A stretch of 60,962 nucleotides of DNA, the filler included. It is 5 parts of 5 records of this genome, joined end to end, with 100 filler letters (N's around TTAATTAATTAA, not from the genome) between each part and the next. Parts side by side here need not be neighbours in the genome. Positions count along the whole stretch, not along the records: positions 1 to 20,739 come from DRR723986_6886; 4 more parts are not named here. One strand, written 5' to 3'. Under the pieces are notes generated by a model. That model saw only the letters and a program-made list of their open reading frames with translations, did not search any database and was not told the DNA's origin. Positions within the stretch are counted from its first letter, which is position 1. Every line of letters begins with the position of its first letter. Positions 1-10,294 of this stretch are shown one piece after another. The translations under genes were made by a program, and so were the position numbers.

Positions 1-17
1 AGGCAGCCTGCCTGCAA

Positions 18-84
18 CCGGCGCAGCCGCCACACCTCCTCCGGCGCAGCCGCCACACCTGCAACCGGCGCAGCCGCCACACCT
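18..84. repeat. Three exact direct copies of CCGGCGCAGCCGCCACACCT (18-37, 41-60, 65-84)
   Basis: Identical 20-mers read directly in the sequence, spaced 23 and 24 bp apart, at the contig edge. Confidence 0.9.
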
Positions 85-228
85 CCGTTGCGATCAGGGA
101 GGAGGAGCATCGCGCCTGCCCCAAATCGCCTGAGAGGAAACTTACCACGTCCCACGCGAAGCAGAAAGGTGCAATAACCTGATCATATTAGTGGCACGCT
201 ACGCCGTGCGGTGCGCGTGATGGAAGAC

Positions 229-328
229 TGCAGGCAGGCTGCCTGCACTACGGGGTGGTGGAATTTTGCAGGCAAGCTGCCTGCACTACGGCGTGATGGG
301 ATTTTGCAGGCAAGCTGCCTGCACTACG
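229..328 (-). repeat. GTAG-type REP-like palindromes: three tandem copies with a 38-bp period, plus a partial inverted copy at 1-16
   Basis: TGCAGGCA-RGC-TGCCTGCA-CTACG at 229-252, 267-290 and 305-328. The reverse strand reads GTAG followed by an 8-bp-stem hairpin. Located just 3' of the LysR stop. Confidence 0.8.
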
Positions 329-330
329 TG

Positions 331-1305
331 TTAGCCTTGGGGCTCACCGTCTTCCAGGTAGCTCTGCGCGACTGCTTCGCGAAATGCCCTCTGATGCATT
401 GTCTCGTGTTTGTGGCGACGCCGCAGCGTCACGATATGTTCATGCCCAAGCAGGTGGCTCAAATCGACGAACTTTGCCAAGCTGTTCGATTCCGCCTGAG
501 ATCGAAAAACAGGACTGACCGGAGCTATCGCAACTCCGAATTCCATGCCAACATACTTCATCAACAGATCCTTCGTGCTGGCTTCAAAAACGATCTTCAG
601 CGGCAGCGCACTGTTGCCGTCGCGAAGTACCGAATCAATCCGCTCTCGCGAGTTGGTGCCGCTGGCAGGTGCAATCAACGGAAGATCCCGCAGCACGTTG
701 AGAGTTATACTCGCACTTGCACCGAAGTTGCTCTGCGGGGAACAGATGAGCATAAACGGAAACTGCGTCACCTCTTCCATTAGCAAGCTTGAGGGAACAT
801 CGTTTAGATCCAGTTGTCCAACCACCGCCAGGTCAACCTTGCCGTCCAACAGTTGCTGGCGGCAAGGCTGAGAAGGCATGTCAACAAGGTTCATCGACAC
901 CTTAGGATGCTTCTCCTTGAACTGGCGGATCGTCTCGGGCAGTTCGTAGACCAAGATGTCGTTGGGGGCCGCGACCGACAGCGTCGAACTAGATGCTTCC
1001 CCGGAGTTCCCAAAGTCGGCGCGAATCGCATCAAAGCCCTGGACAACCGGTCTGGCCAAATCGACTAAATCCTTGCCCTGGCTGGTCAGCACAACTTGTT
1101 GCCCCTCGGCTACCACTAAGGCAATGTCGAACTCTTTCTCGAGCCCTCGGACTTGTTGCCAGACGGAGGGTGTCGCCAAGTTCAGATTGGCCGCAGCGCT
1201 CGCGAAACTGCGCGTCCGAGCCACTTCGACGATCGCTCGCAGTTGGCTCATCCTTAGCTCTTTGTAATATCGCCTACGCTTGGGAGTTTCCGATTTCTTC
1301 GGCAT
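331..1305 (-). CDS. LysR-family transcriptional regulator
   Basis: N-terminal HTH (LRAIVEVARTRSFASAAANLNLATPSVWQQVRGLEKEF) and LysR substrate-binding domain. Start chosen at MPKKS; the ORF track extends to 1404. Confidence 0.9.
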   Translation of the reverse strand: MPKKSETPKRRRYYKELRMSQLRAIVEVARTRSFASAAANLNLATPSVWQQVRGLEKEFDIALVVAEGQQVVLTSQGKDLVDLARPVVQGFDAIRADFGNSGEASSSTLSVAAPNDILVYELPETIRQFKEKHPKVSMNLVDMPSQPCRQQLLDGKVDLAVVGQLDLNDVPSSLLMEEVTQFPFMLICSPQSNFGASASITLNVLRDLPLIAPASGTNSRERIDSVLRDGNSALPLKIVFEASTKDLLMKYVGMEFGVAIAPVSPVFRSQAESNSLAKFVDLSHLLGHEHIVTLRRRHKHETMHQRAFREAVAQSYLEDGEPQG

Positions 1306-1501
1306 TGGGCTCGAACAACTTCTTTGCGAAACGTGCAACAGTCCAACGACGCTCATACGCTTCAATAATGGGCCATCGTCGATGCGTTCTTTGAACCCAC
1401 CCACACTGGAGCAGCAATCACATTACAATATGCTCCCCAACCGGGTAGACCAATATCTTGGCCTGCGACAAAGCCAATTTTCTCGAGAGCTGAAGAACGT
1501 A

Positions 1502-3259
1502 ATGAAAAAGCAATATACCGAAAACACCTCCTCAGCCCCAATGTCGCGTTGGGACAGTGCAATACTGTTTGCGAATTGTGCGAGTCGCACTTTTAGGCAG
1601 AGCGGCTTGCTTAGAGTGCTTACCGCGGCGTCGCTACTATTGGCGCTGGCGATAAATCTTGGTCACGCGGCGGATCGCCCTAACATTATCTTCATCATGT
1701 CCGACGACCATACAGCGCAGGCCGTGGGGGCCTATGCAACTGTATTGAAGGATCTCAACCCAACTCCAACTCTAGACGAATTGGCTCGCGACGGGATCGT
1801 CTTCGAAAATGCTTTCTGCACAAACGGGATATGCACTCCCTCTCGAGCTTGCATTATCACCGGGCAATACAATCACAATAACGGTGTGTTTGATCTCGGC
1901 GGTCGCATCAAACCTGACAAGCAGATGCTGCCCATCCAGATGCGTCGTGCGGGATATCAGACGGCAATTGTTGGCAAGTGGCACTTAAAAGAAGAGCCCA
2001 ATTACGATTACTACAAGGTCTTGCCTGGACAGGGTAAGTACATGAACCCGCAGTTTCGCGTTCAAGGCGACAAGGCATGGCCAAACAACACTGTTTCGCA
2101 CCAAGGGCAGCATTCATCGGACGCCATCACAGATTCAACTCTTGAGTGGTTTCAAGAGCATCGTGATACGTCGAAACCATTCTTCCTGTGCCACCACTTT
2201 AAAGCACCGCATGACTATTTCGAGAATGCACCGCGTTACCAATCCTACTTGAAGGACACGGTCATTCCGGAGCCCGACACGCTGTACGACGTTCCGGATT
2301 CTTGGGGGTCCATCGCCACGCGTGGTGACCAAGATGAACTTCGCGAGCATATTGGAACATCGATTGGATCGCGAAACCCACGCCGCTCCTACGCGGTTGA
2401 CCTGTACGAGCGTTTTCCGGAGGAGTTTCCGGCCGGTTACGATCCGAAAACCACATCCGAAGTTGAGACCACGCGGCTCGCCTACCAGGCTTACCTGAAG
2501 AAGTACCTGCGGTGCGTCAAAGGCGTCGACGATAACCTCAAACGACTGTTCGACTACCTGAAGGCCGAGGATCTTTACGACAATAGCGTCATCATCTACA
2601 CCGGAGACCAAGGGTTCTGGCTCGGCGAAAACGACTACCAAGATAAACGGTGGGCCTATGATCCATCGCAGCGGATGCCACTGTTGATTCGCTATCCGCC
2701 TTCGATCAAAGCTGGTACTCGCACCGATGCAATTGTGGAAAACGTGGACTTCCCTGCCCTCATGCTCGACTTCGCGGGTGCTGAAATCCCAGAATCTGTA
2801 CAAGGTCGGTCGTTTCGGTCCATTTGCGAAGATGGGGCCGAGCCCGACGGTTGGAAGCAAGCGGCCTACTATCGTTACTGGATGCACATGGCTCACCACG
2901 ACAATCCTGGTGAGATGGCGATGCGAACCAAACGCTTCAAGCTGATCTACTTCTACGGTTGCAGCTACGAGGGCGACAAACTGACGCCACCTGGATGGGA
3001 ACTGTACGATTTGGAAAAGGACCCACAGGAACTGAACAATGTTTACGATGACGCTGACTACGCCGAAGTGCGTGAGCAGCTCAAGCAGCAATTTGCAGAA
3101 CTGCGCACGGCGGTCGGCGATGACGGAAGCCACTATCCGAAGTGTGAGGAGATTGTCCAAGAGTTCTGGGACTTCAGCGACGCGGACATGCAGAAGGCCA
3201 AAGAAATATCGCACGCCTTCAAAGCACGGCGGGAAGCGGAATTGGCCAAACGCAAGTAG
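1502..3259 (+). CDS. Secreted formylglycine-dependent (S1) sulfatase
   Basis: RPNIIFIMSDDH, CTPSR (C-x-P-x-R) motif, GKWHL, GDQG. Hydrophobic signal-like segment before AADRPN. Start uncertain (1502 or later). Confidence 0.92.
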   Translation: MKKQYTENTSSAPMSRWDSAILFANCASRTFRQSGLLRVLTAASLLLALAINLGHAADRPNIIFIMSDDHTAQAVGAYATVLKDLNPTPTLDELARDGIVFENAFCTNGICTPSRACIITGQYNHNNGVFDLGGRIKPDKQMLPIQMRRAGYQTAIVGKWHLKEEPNYDYYKVLPGQGKYMNPQFRVQGDKAWPNNTVSHQGQHSSDAITDSTLEWFQEHRDTSKPFFLCHHFKAPHDYFENAPRYQSYLKDTVIPEPDTLYDVPDSWGSIATRGDQDELREHIGTSIGSRNPRRSYAVDLYERFPEEFPAGYDPKTTSEVETTRLAYQAYLKKYLRCVKGVDDNLKRLFDYLKAEDLYDNSVIIYTGDQGFWLGENDYQDKRWAYDPSQRMPLLIRYPPSIKAGTRTDAIVENVDFPALMLDFAGAEIPESVQGRSFRSICEDGAEPDGWKQAAYYRYWMHMAHHDNPGEMAMRTKRFKLIYFYGCSYEGDKLTPPGWELYDLEKDPQELNNVYDDADYAEVREQLKQQFAELRTAVGDDGSHYPKCEEIVQEFWDFSDADMQKAKEISHAFKARREAELAKRK

Positions 3260-3279
3260 CCGGCAGATGTACCAACTGG

Positions 3280-4659
3280 TTACTTCCCGATGCAAAAGCG
3301 GCTGAAAATCTCCCCAAGGATATCCTCAGTATGAACTTCGCCAATCATCGACGATAGCGACTCGATGGCCTGGCGAAGTTCAACGACGACCAGTTCCTCT
3401 CCGATTGGATTGTCAACTAACTGCATCGCCGACGCCAGAAATGTCGTCGCTTCGGTGATACTCGACGCGCAACGCGTCATGGTCAGATGCAGTGTCTCAC
3501 TTCGGGTTTCGCCCTGCAACACCAACAGTCGCTCGGAGACCTCACTGCAGAGTCGCTGGATTGAATCCGGTTGCTCGATACTAACAGCAAACAGATCTTC
3601 GCGATCGGTAGCGTTTAAATCACTCTTGGTCCCAACGGGCAGTATCTCTTTTCCGGCTACTTCCCCCAGTTGCTTGAGTGCCTGCTCAAGCGAATTCTCA
3701 GGCGGAACGCAAAGCAAAAGCATGTCGGCCTCGTCGATGGTTTTTGCCAACACGGCCTGAGCTTGGGCACGAGGTGAATTGCCGGCGAGTTCCTCGGCTC
3801 CAGCCGTATCGGTCAAATCGACCTGGCCGTCGCCGATTTTAATGGTAGTGGTTACGGAATCGCGAGTTGTTCCCGCTTGATCGGAAACGATAACGCGTTC
3901 AGATTCAGTGATCGCATTGAACAGAGAGCTCTTGCCTGCGTTGGGCGGCCCCACCAGCGCCAGCCTAGGAACACGCGACCGAGTCCCCCGGGAGATGATT
4001 CTCTTCTCAATGTCCTGCAACTGCGTGGTCACTTCCGACAGCGAAGCTTTCAGCTCGGCAGCGGCAATGAACTCGATGTCCTCTTCGATGAAGTCCATGC
4101 CAGCTTCGACATGTGCGGTGAGTTCGACGAGCTTATTGCGAAGCTGCCTTACGGGCTCGGAGATATTGCCGCTTAACTGCGAGAGGGCCCACTGCAAATC
4201 TTCTGCGCCGTCGGCCTCGATGACTCCAAGCACGGCCTCGGCCTGAGCCAAGTCGAGCTTTCCGGCAAGGAAGCTACGCAGAGTGAACTCACCACGCTGG
4301 GCAACGCGTGCACCTAGCTGGCAACAGAGTTCGACTAGCGATTCAACCACTGGCATCGAGCCGATTAGGTGGATTTCCGCAGACGGCTCTCCGGTGTAGC
4401 TCCGTGACGTGGGCCAGAAGTAGCAATCTACCTCCAGCGTCCGATCACCGAGACCGGTACGAATAGGAATCCGCAACTGCCTGGCGACTGAGCTCTCCAG
4501 CCAAGCGTGTTTTTCCTTTGCTGACTCGGAGGTCGCTGGCACGGACAGTTGGTCAAGGATCTCCTTGCATCGTGAACCGCTCAACCTGACAACGGATCGG
4601 CCGGCTGGGGCAAGGCCTGAGCCTACGGCAACAATCGTGGCCTCCAAATCCAGCTTCAT
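3280..4659 (-). CDS. mnmE: tRNA modification GTPase MnmE (TrmE)
   Basis: [21 protein letters not shown]1 [22 protein letters not shown] and C-terminal FCIGK. Confidence 0.95.
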   Translation of the reverse strand: MKLDLEATIVAVGSGLAPAGRSVVRLSGSRCKEILDQLSVPATSESAKEKHAWLESSVARQLRIPIRTGLGDRTLEVDCYFWPTSRSYTGEPSAEIHLIGSMPVVESLVELCCQLGARVAQRGEFTLRSFLAGKLDLAQAEAVLGVIEADGAEDLQWALSQLSGNISEPVRQLRNKLVELTAHVEAGMDFIEEDIEFIAAAELKASLSEVTTQLQDIEKRIISRGTRSRVPRLALVGPPNAGKSSLFNAITESERVIVSDQAGTTRDSVTTTIKIGDGQVDLTDTAGAEELAGNSPRAQAQAVLAKTIDEADMLLLCVPPENSLEQALKQLGEVAGKEILPVGTKSDLNATDREDLFAVSIEQPDSIQRLCSEVSERLLVLQGETRSETLHLTMTRCASSITEATTFLASAMQLVDNPIGEELVVVELRQAIESLSSMIGEVHTEDILGEIFSRFCIGK

Positions 4660-4750
4660 TGTCATCCTTGATTTTCGGCCGCAATCGAAGTCTGCAGTGG
4701 CGAGCCAAGCCCGCGCCTAGCGCATCACTCGGCAAGATGCTGCCAACAAG

Positions 4751-5968
4751 CTAGAATCCCGGACGCCCACCGCCCGGAGGTCCGCCAGGGGCCATTTGAT
4801 TTACACTTTCGATAATCGAGTCGACAAAGCCATCAAACTCCTCTTGTGACTCGGCTGTGGCAATGCCTTCGGCTGGGAGCATGAACGCCCCGAGAACTAT
4901 AGAGAGCCCACCTAGTTGCGACTTGTCGAAACCAGCAAGCCCCTTTTTCGCTTCGTCCACTCCCTTTCGCATGTCATTCATGAAGGAGGGTACAACCCAC
5001 TTCTTGCCCACCTTTTGAAATTGAACTTCGTTAGTGGCACCATTTGTCGTTATGGCAACCGTCGCTCGGCTTTTTCCAGACTTGATAACTTTGAACTGTA
5101 CGTCCTGATCGGCCGCCGAGATACCTGGTGGCATCGGCAACAACGGAACAATAGCTTCGCCGGCAGCAACCGAATGTGGTGTAACGTCAGCAATTAGAAC
5201 GGCGATCGATTCAACAATCTTGCCCTTTGCAAAGTTCTCTTGCTGCCAGTGTCGTGAGTCTGTGAATGCCGCGACAAGTCCTGCAACCTTTGGCCAAACC
5301 TCTTCAAGTTTGCCTTTTTCGACTGGGATCTGTTGGAAGTACTTATTCCCAAACACAAAGTCTTTCTGTTCGGTCACGACCGTTCGCAAATGGGACATCA
5401 GCCTAGCTATTTGCTTGAACTGCCCACTGCTCAGCATCCCAACTGCTTCGACACCGATGTCTTCCAAGTCTTCCTGCATTCTCTCCGGTAGTGCGTGCCA
5501 AGCGACCATCGCGTTCTTGTCGGCAAACCCACTTTCGAGAACTTCACACCACTGTTCGATTGTTGGATCGTCTGGGAACGGGTACTCCATCAACTCGCTC
5601 GAATCCACGGTGAATTCCGGAGCTGCGGGCTCTACAATCTCCTTAACCGGAGCCTTCGGGACAGGCTTGTTGTAAGCCTTCGGGTTGGCGAGTTTCTTTG
5701 CTTTAAAGTGGCTCGCGATGCTCAATTGTGAGAACTTAAATTCCTTCTCAGCACCGCTATCGACACTGCGTAGAACCACGCCATCGTCGGTCACACGAAC
5801 AAACTCCGCGTTAAAGCCGCGACCACCCAGCATTTCCCAACGGTTTTCTTCCTCCTGAGCACTCGCCGCAGGAGCGAATGCCAAAAGAGTCAGACTGCAA
5901 ATCGCAAGATGCAGCGTCTGCAGTAGGCGTGGGGAGGGATTGATTCGATTCGACAAGTGTAAAAACAC
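4751..5968 (-). CDS. Exported hypothetical protein with an N-terminal SHD1-like domain
   Basis: Signal-like segment ending APAASA, then RWEMLGGRGFNAEFVRVTDDGVVLRSVDSGAEKEFKFSQLS, resembling the SHD1 domains common in planctomycetes. Gly/Pro-rich tail. Start uncertain. Confidence 0.65.
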   Translation of the reverse strand: MFLHLSNRINPSPRLLQTLHLAICSLTLLAFAPAASAQEEENRWEMLGGRGFNAEFVRVTDDGVVLRSVDSGAEKEFKFSQLSIASHFKAKKLANPKAYNKPVPKAPVKEIVEPAAPEFTVDSSELMEYPFPDDPTIEQWCEVLESGFADKNAMVAWHALPERMQEDLEDIGVEAVGMLSSGQFKQIARLMSHLRTVVTEQKDFVFGNKYFQQIPVEKGKLEEVWPKVAGLVAAFTDSRHWQQENFAKGKIVESIAVLIADVTPHSVAAGEAIVPLLPMPPGISAADQDVQFKVIKSGKSRATVAITTNGATNEVQFQKVGKKWVVPSFMNDMRKGVDEAKKGLAGFDKSQLGGLSIVLGAFMLPAEGIATAESQEEFDGFVDSIIESVNQMAPGGPPGGGRPGF

Positions 5969-6210
5969 AGCCTTCTCCGAGTGTGTTGTACCGAAATCTA
6001 GAAGCGGGGAGCATCCGACAGGACGCATCGCTCAGGTGCCTGGGGGCGGGGAGCGGAAAAAGCCCCCTAACGCACGTTATGGACAGTCCCCTGCACGATA
6101 ACTGAGGTCACAAAGAAACGCAAATCCCACAGGAAATCTAGCGGCTTCGTTTTTTTAGGCATCCTAGCGAGGGCCCCTCTGGCACTCTCGGTCGGCAAGG
6201 GACTTTGTCG

Positions 6211-7278
6211 CTAGGCCAGGGGCTGGCCGGTTGCGTCGGAAGACTGCGTCTCGGTCGCGGCCCATCCTAGGTGAAACTGAGTTTTCGTCCCTGAGGGGCT
6301 TTTGATTGCGGTTCGAAAGCCCATTGGCGTGCAGTTCACCAAACTGGCTCGAACGCCCTCCTCTTCGATCTCAAAATCAACTGAGGGTGCTGCTTCGAAG
6401 GCGGAAGTAAACTGAACCACGATTGAGGTCTGGCGTTCGCCGTCGGCCAGTTCAACCAGGCATTCACCCGATTCAACTCGCACGCCGCCATCGATGATTT
6501 GCGAGGTTTGGGCGCGAACTAGTTGCGTCTGGCCAGTATCTGGATCTTCAGAGTTGGTGTCCGCGTCCTCTGCGTAAAGTACGCCCAATGACTCTGGCTC
6601 GGCTCGCAATCCAGGCACCTCCCGTTCGGCAAGGGCCGCCAGCAATCGAGCCTCGTTCTCCAACGACTCTATTTGCGACGCCTCTGATGCAAATTCCGTG
6701 GCATCGTCACCGTCGATCAGACTGATCACAGACAATTCACCCGGAGAGTCTTCGCGCGAAATTTCCATGCCTGAAGGCTTCGCAGAAGCTTGAAGTTGGA
6801 CATTCGCTGCGTCACACTTATCTGCACCGAACTGGCTAGCCATCGCCCAAACCAGCATCGGTAGCCCGAAGAGCACCAATGCTGCGGGAAAAACCTGAAC
6901 AAGGCCACCAACGCACAAATAGAGGCAGCCGAAAGTGTTGACCAACACAATGCAAGCGAGCAACTGGATTTGGCGTCTGCGTTCAGCGCCGCGATCGTCT
7001 TTCGCGCCCGCTGCTGCCAATCGACTGACCAACCACACAAGTGCACCGGAAACGAGCGCTGCTAGGCCACTTGCCGCACTGCCTGACCACGCACTCAATT
7101 GGCTTGTCGAAGCTGCCGGTGCGGGATCGTAGTGCTGTGAATCGTAGGTCAACACCATCCCTAGCCACAGAGCAAATGCCCCAGCGGCGGCAATGGTCAT
7201 GAAGGCAACACCAGCGTCGACTGTTGGAGTTGTCGTTTGATTCTCTTGCGAACTCACACTCTCATCCTTGAATGTCAT
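6211..7278 (-). CDS. Hypothetical membrane protein (about 4 TM helices, acidic linker, C-terminal beta domain)
   Basis: 355-aa ORF with four hydrophobic segments, starting 15 bp after the epmA stop on the same strand. Confidence 0.7.
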   Translation of the reverse strand: MTFKDESVSSQENQTTTPTVDAGVAFMTIAAAGAFALWLGMVLTYDSQHYDPAPAASTSQLSAWSGSAASGLAALVSGALVWLVSRLAAAGAKDDRGAERRRQIQLLACIVLVNTFGCLYLCVGGLVQVFPAALVLFGLPMLVWAMASQFGADKCDAANVQLQASAKPSGMEISREDSPGELSVISLIDGDDATEFASEASQIESLENEARLLAALAEREVPGLRAEPESLGVLYAEDADTNSEDPDTGQTQLVRAQTSQIIDGGVRVESGECLVELADGERQTSIVVQFTSAFEAAPSVDFEIEEEGVRASLVNCTPMGFRTAIKSPSGTKTQFHLGWAATETQSSDATGQPLA

Positions 7279-7293
7279 CGACGTAAAGTTCGC

Positions 7294-8295
7294 TCAAGCC
7301 CGTTCGATGGTCAGAGCGATCACTTCATCAATAGTCTTTGCTCCCAACAGCACAGCAACAAGGCGATCCAGCCCCATCGCACAGCCTGAGCACTGGGGAA
7401 GTCCGCCGACGTCCATTGCATCCAACAGACGACTGTTTTCAGGTAATTCTCGTTGGGCACCGATACAACGTTTTGCATTCACCATTCGATTTCGGCTTCG
7501 CAATTCTGTCGCGTCGGTGAGCTCATTGTAGCCATTTGCTAGCTCGATGCCTGCGGCAAAAAGCTCAAAACGCTCTGCAGTATCCGGATCTTCGCTGCTG
7601 ATCTTGGCCAGTGCGCTCTGCGTGGCTGGATAATTGGTCACAATGCACGGTCCGCTGGCTCCAAGGTCAGGTTGCACGCATTCGGCAAAAAGCAGATTTA
7701 AGAGTTCGTCGCGGTCGAGCGACCAATCGAGCTGGCCGGTGAATTTCGACGCCAATTCCGCCAGGGCCTCAATCGGTGCCAATATCGGATCCACGCCCAG
7801 ACTTTCCGCAAATGCGCTCCGGTAGGTGGTTACCGCCGTGTCCGCGCCAAACAACTCACCAGAAAGTGCGGCGAGCAACTCGACACCTTCCTGCATTGCG
7901 TCGCCAGTTCGATACCACTCGATCATCGAAAACTCTGGATTGTGCCACGGCCCTCGTTCGGTTGCGCGGTACGCTGGAGCAATTTGATAAATCGCTTCGC
8001 ACCCAGATGCAACCATGCGTTTCATCGCAAACTCAGGGGAAGTCTGCAGGAACAGCTCCTTTGCCAGCGACGCCACTCCCAGAGCCTCAGCGGGAACGGC
8101 AATGGGTTCGATGTGTTGGTCCACAACTGTATCCGCACTTAGAGTAGGCGTATGGACCTCGAGAAAATCCCGCTTGTGAAAGAAGCTGCGGATTTGCCAG
8201 ACAATTTCCGATCGCCGCCGGATAGCATCTACGGTCGCGTTGGATCGCCAATTCGAGTCGAAGTCATCGGATACACCCATTCTATCGTTCACCAC
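7294..8295 (-). CDS. epmA: EF-P lysine aminoacylase EpmA (GenX/PoxA)
   Basis: LQTSPEFAMKR, HNPEFSMIEWY, ERFELF..GIELANGYNEL, GCAMGLDRL. LysRS-like catalytic domain without an anticodon domain. Start may be 8280. Confidence 0.92.
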   Translation of the reverse strand: MVNDRMGVSDDFDSNWRSNATVDAIRRRSEIVWQIRSFFHKRDFLEVHTPTLSADTVVDQHIEPIAVPAEALGVASLAKELFLQTSPEFAMKRMVASGCEAIYQIAPAYRATERGPWHNPEFSMIEWYRTGDAMQEGVELLAALSGELFGADTAVTTYRSAFAESLGVDPILAPIEALAELASKFTGQLDWSLDRDELLNLLFAECVQPDLGASGPCIVTNYPATQSALAKISSEDPDTAERFELFAAGIELANGYNELTDATELRSRNRMVNAKRCIGAQRELPENSRLLDAMDVGGLPQCSGCAMGLDRLVAVLLGAKTIDEVIALTIERA

Positions 8296-8658
8296 GTTCC
8301 ACCTGATGATGCGTCTGTTCTGATTGGTTTAGCGGTTCACCAACGACCGGGCCGATAGTTTCGTACCGATTGTACAAACCGCCAAGTCATAAAGGCCGCA
8401 AAAAAGCAGATAAGCTTCCGTGTCAGAGAGGACGCGCGGCGATACAAGTCTAAGTTTTTGCTGGTAGAACCGTTCGAGCCACGTCGCAAGCTTCCATGCT
8501 TGACGACACGTCGTCGAGCAGCCGAAACATGTTCATCTGCAACTGCAACTGCAACATGTGCATAGGCAGCCGTAGCATGTTCACAAGCAGCAGCATTTTG
8601 TCGCGCGCAGCCGCTACCAAGATCACACTTCGCACAATCGGCACAAAGGGCAGGACCA

Positions 8659-8850
8659 ATGGACGCAGGACTCACCGCTAGCGCTTCAGCAGTACAACAA
8701 GCCAAAGTGAACAATCAAGTCGCGACGTCGATCGCAACCAAAACCCTTGACGCTCAAAAGCAACAGGGCGAAGCGGCCGTTGACTTGGTTAAGCAAGTTG
8801 AGCAGATTTCAAATCAAATCGCATCCGGCAAACTCGACATCCGCGTTTAG
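8659..8850 (+). CDS. YjfB-family small protein
   Basis: QVATSIATKTLDAQKQQGEAAVDLV...GKLDIRV matches the YjfB pattern. AGGA RBS just upstream. Confidence 0.75.
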   Translation: MDAGLTASASAVQQAKVNNQVATSIATKTLDAQKQQGEAAVDLVKQVEQISNQIASGKLDIRV

Positions 8851-8902
8851 CTGCGGCCGCTAGATTGCTGCGTCACGCTGCACCGTGGCCATCCCGCGAT
8901 GA

Positions 8903-10258
8903 CTATTCCGCGTCCTGAGCACTCATCTCCGAGAGCATTGCCAGCCAACGCCCTGCCTCGTGATCCGAGGTCGCTGTCGAAAGGACACTGTCCCGTCCAG
9001 CCGCGCCCATTCGTTTCATGTGTTCTGGTGCCGACAACAATTGCTTCAGTTGATCAACGAGTGCATCGGTCTGAGAGGGCGAAAACAATTCTCCGCCGCC
9101 GTGAGCCGCAATCAACTCGGGGAATGCTCCATGGCTAGGCAGCAGCACAGGTACGCCCGCTGCCATCGCTTCGAGTGCAAACAGCCCCTTCGGTTCTTGA
9201 TACGTCGTTGGTACGCAGAGCAGATCGATTTTGCGTAGGAAGTCCAGTTTTTCGCCACGGTCAACAGATCCGTGATAGCAGAATCGATCTTCTAACCCCG
9301 CATCGCGAAGCTTCGTTTGCGATTCGTTCCAGTATTCTTGGTGCTGCGGTCCCAGCCACCCAGCGATCTCCAAGTGCAAGTTGCGGAACTGCTCAGTCGA
9401 CGCCAAGCGGATGAAAGCATCGACGAGTACGTGTAGCCCCTTCTCCGGTGCAAGTCTAGCTAAATAGCCAACGCGCAGTATTCCTGGCGCATCAATCACC
9501 GCGGTTGGCGTTGAGACGGTTGCTGAGTTAGAAGCCGGCGACGCATCGCTTAAGGATTCGAAGTCAAGAAAATCAGACACATCGATGGAAAGTGGTGTTA
9601 CGAAGCAGCGGGCCGCCTCAAACCCCAGCAGCTCCTGCATCCGCCGAGCATAATCTTCCGAATTCAAAATGAAACGATCAACGCTCTTGGCAATGCGGCG
9701 CAATTCCACGATGGCATTTTCACGAAATTCCGGCAACAGACTATCGTAGAAGATATCGTCACCTTGAAGCACGACCGCGACCTTACATTCCAATCGCTGC
9801 TTGATGGTTTCAATGCATCCAGCAATCAGCAGGTTGGAGAACACAACCACATCCGGCTTCTCGGACTCGAGCCAGTCGCACAGGCGTGCCACTTCTTTGC
9901 TCTGATTGCCGTGTGCACCTCGCAGCATAGAAATAGTCAACGGACCGAGTTTGTCCGCAGTGGTCCCCATACTGCGATTTGCAATCCACCGCACCAGCTT
10001 GGGCGAGCTAAGAAATGAATCTGTCCAGCGTGGCAGGAGCCGAAACACGGACGACATCTGCTGCAAGTAAACGTTCAGCCCACCAAAGAACAACTGATCG
10101 CTACTGACACTTTGTTCATCGGTAAGAATGGGAGTGTATGTCGGCACGAGAAGCGCATCATGCCCCTGCCGGATCATTGACTTGGCAATTGCGTTGTCAT
10201 GCAAGCAACTGCCGCAGTACATACCTGCAGCGCCGGCGGTTAGGTAGATAATCTTCAC
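8903..10258 (-). CDS. GT4-family glycosyltransferase
   Basis: GYLARLAPEKG and EPKGLFALEAMAAGVP (E-x7-E). N-terminal AGMYCGSCLHDN. Confidence 0.9.
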   Translation of the reverse strand: MKIIYLTAGAAGMYCGSCLHDNAIAKSMIRQGHDALLVPTYTPILTDEQSVSSDQLFFGGLNVYLQQMSSVFRLLPRWTDSFLSSPKLVRWIANRSMGTTADKLGPLTISMLRGAHGNQSKEVARLCDWLESEKPDVVVFSNLLIAGCIETIKQRLECKVAVVLQGDDIFYDSLLPEFRENAIVELRRIAKSVDRFILNSEDYARRMQELLGFEAARCFVTPLSIDVSDFLDFESLSDASPASNSATVSTPTAVIDAPGILRVGYLARLAPEKGLHVLVDAFIRLASTEQFRNLHLEIAGWLGPQHQEYWNESQTKLRDAGLEDRFCYHGSVDRGEKLDFLRKIDLLCVPTTYQEPKGLFALEAMAAGVPVLLPSHGAFPELIAAHGGGELFSPSQTDALVDQLKQLLSAPEHMKRMGAAGRDSVLSTATSDHEAGRWLAMLSEMSAQDAE

Positions 10259-10294
10259 AGCGGACTACTTTACGAACGTTTCAAAAACGGGCGA

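Noticed and set aside
229-328. Possible mini CRISPR array (palindromic 24-bp repeat x3)
   Set aside because: The intervening segments are only 14 bp and resemble each other, no cas genes are nearby, and GTAG plus hairpin fits a REP
8390-8413. Sigma28 promoter for the YjfB-like gene (TAAA...GCAGATAA)
   Set aside because: The spacing is 12 bp rather than about 15, and it lies about 245 bp from the start codon
8337-8714. Cys-rich small ORFs at 8337-8714 (-), 8450-8659 (-) and 8496-8681 (+)
   Set aside because: They overlap the YjfB-like gene or derive from the CTGCAA microrepeat, and show no family motifs
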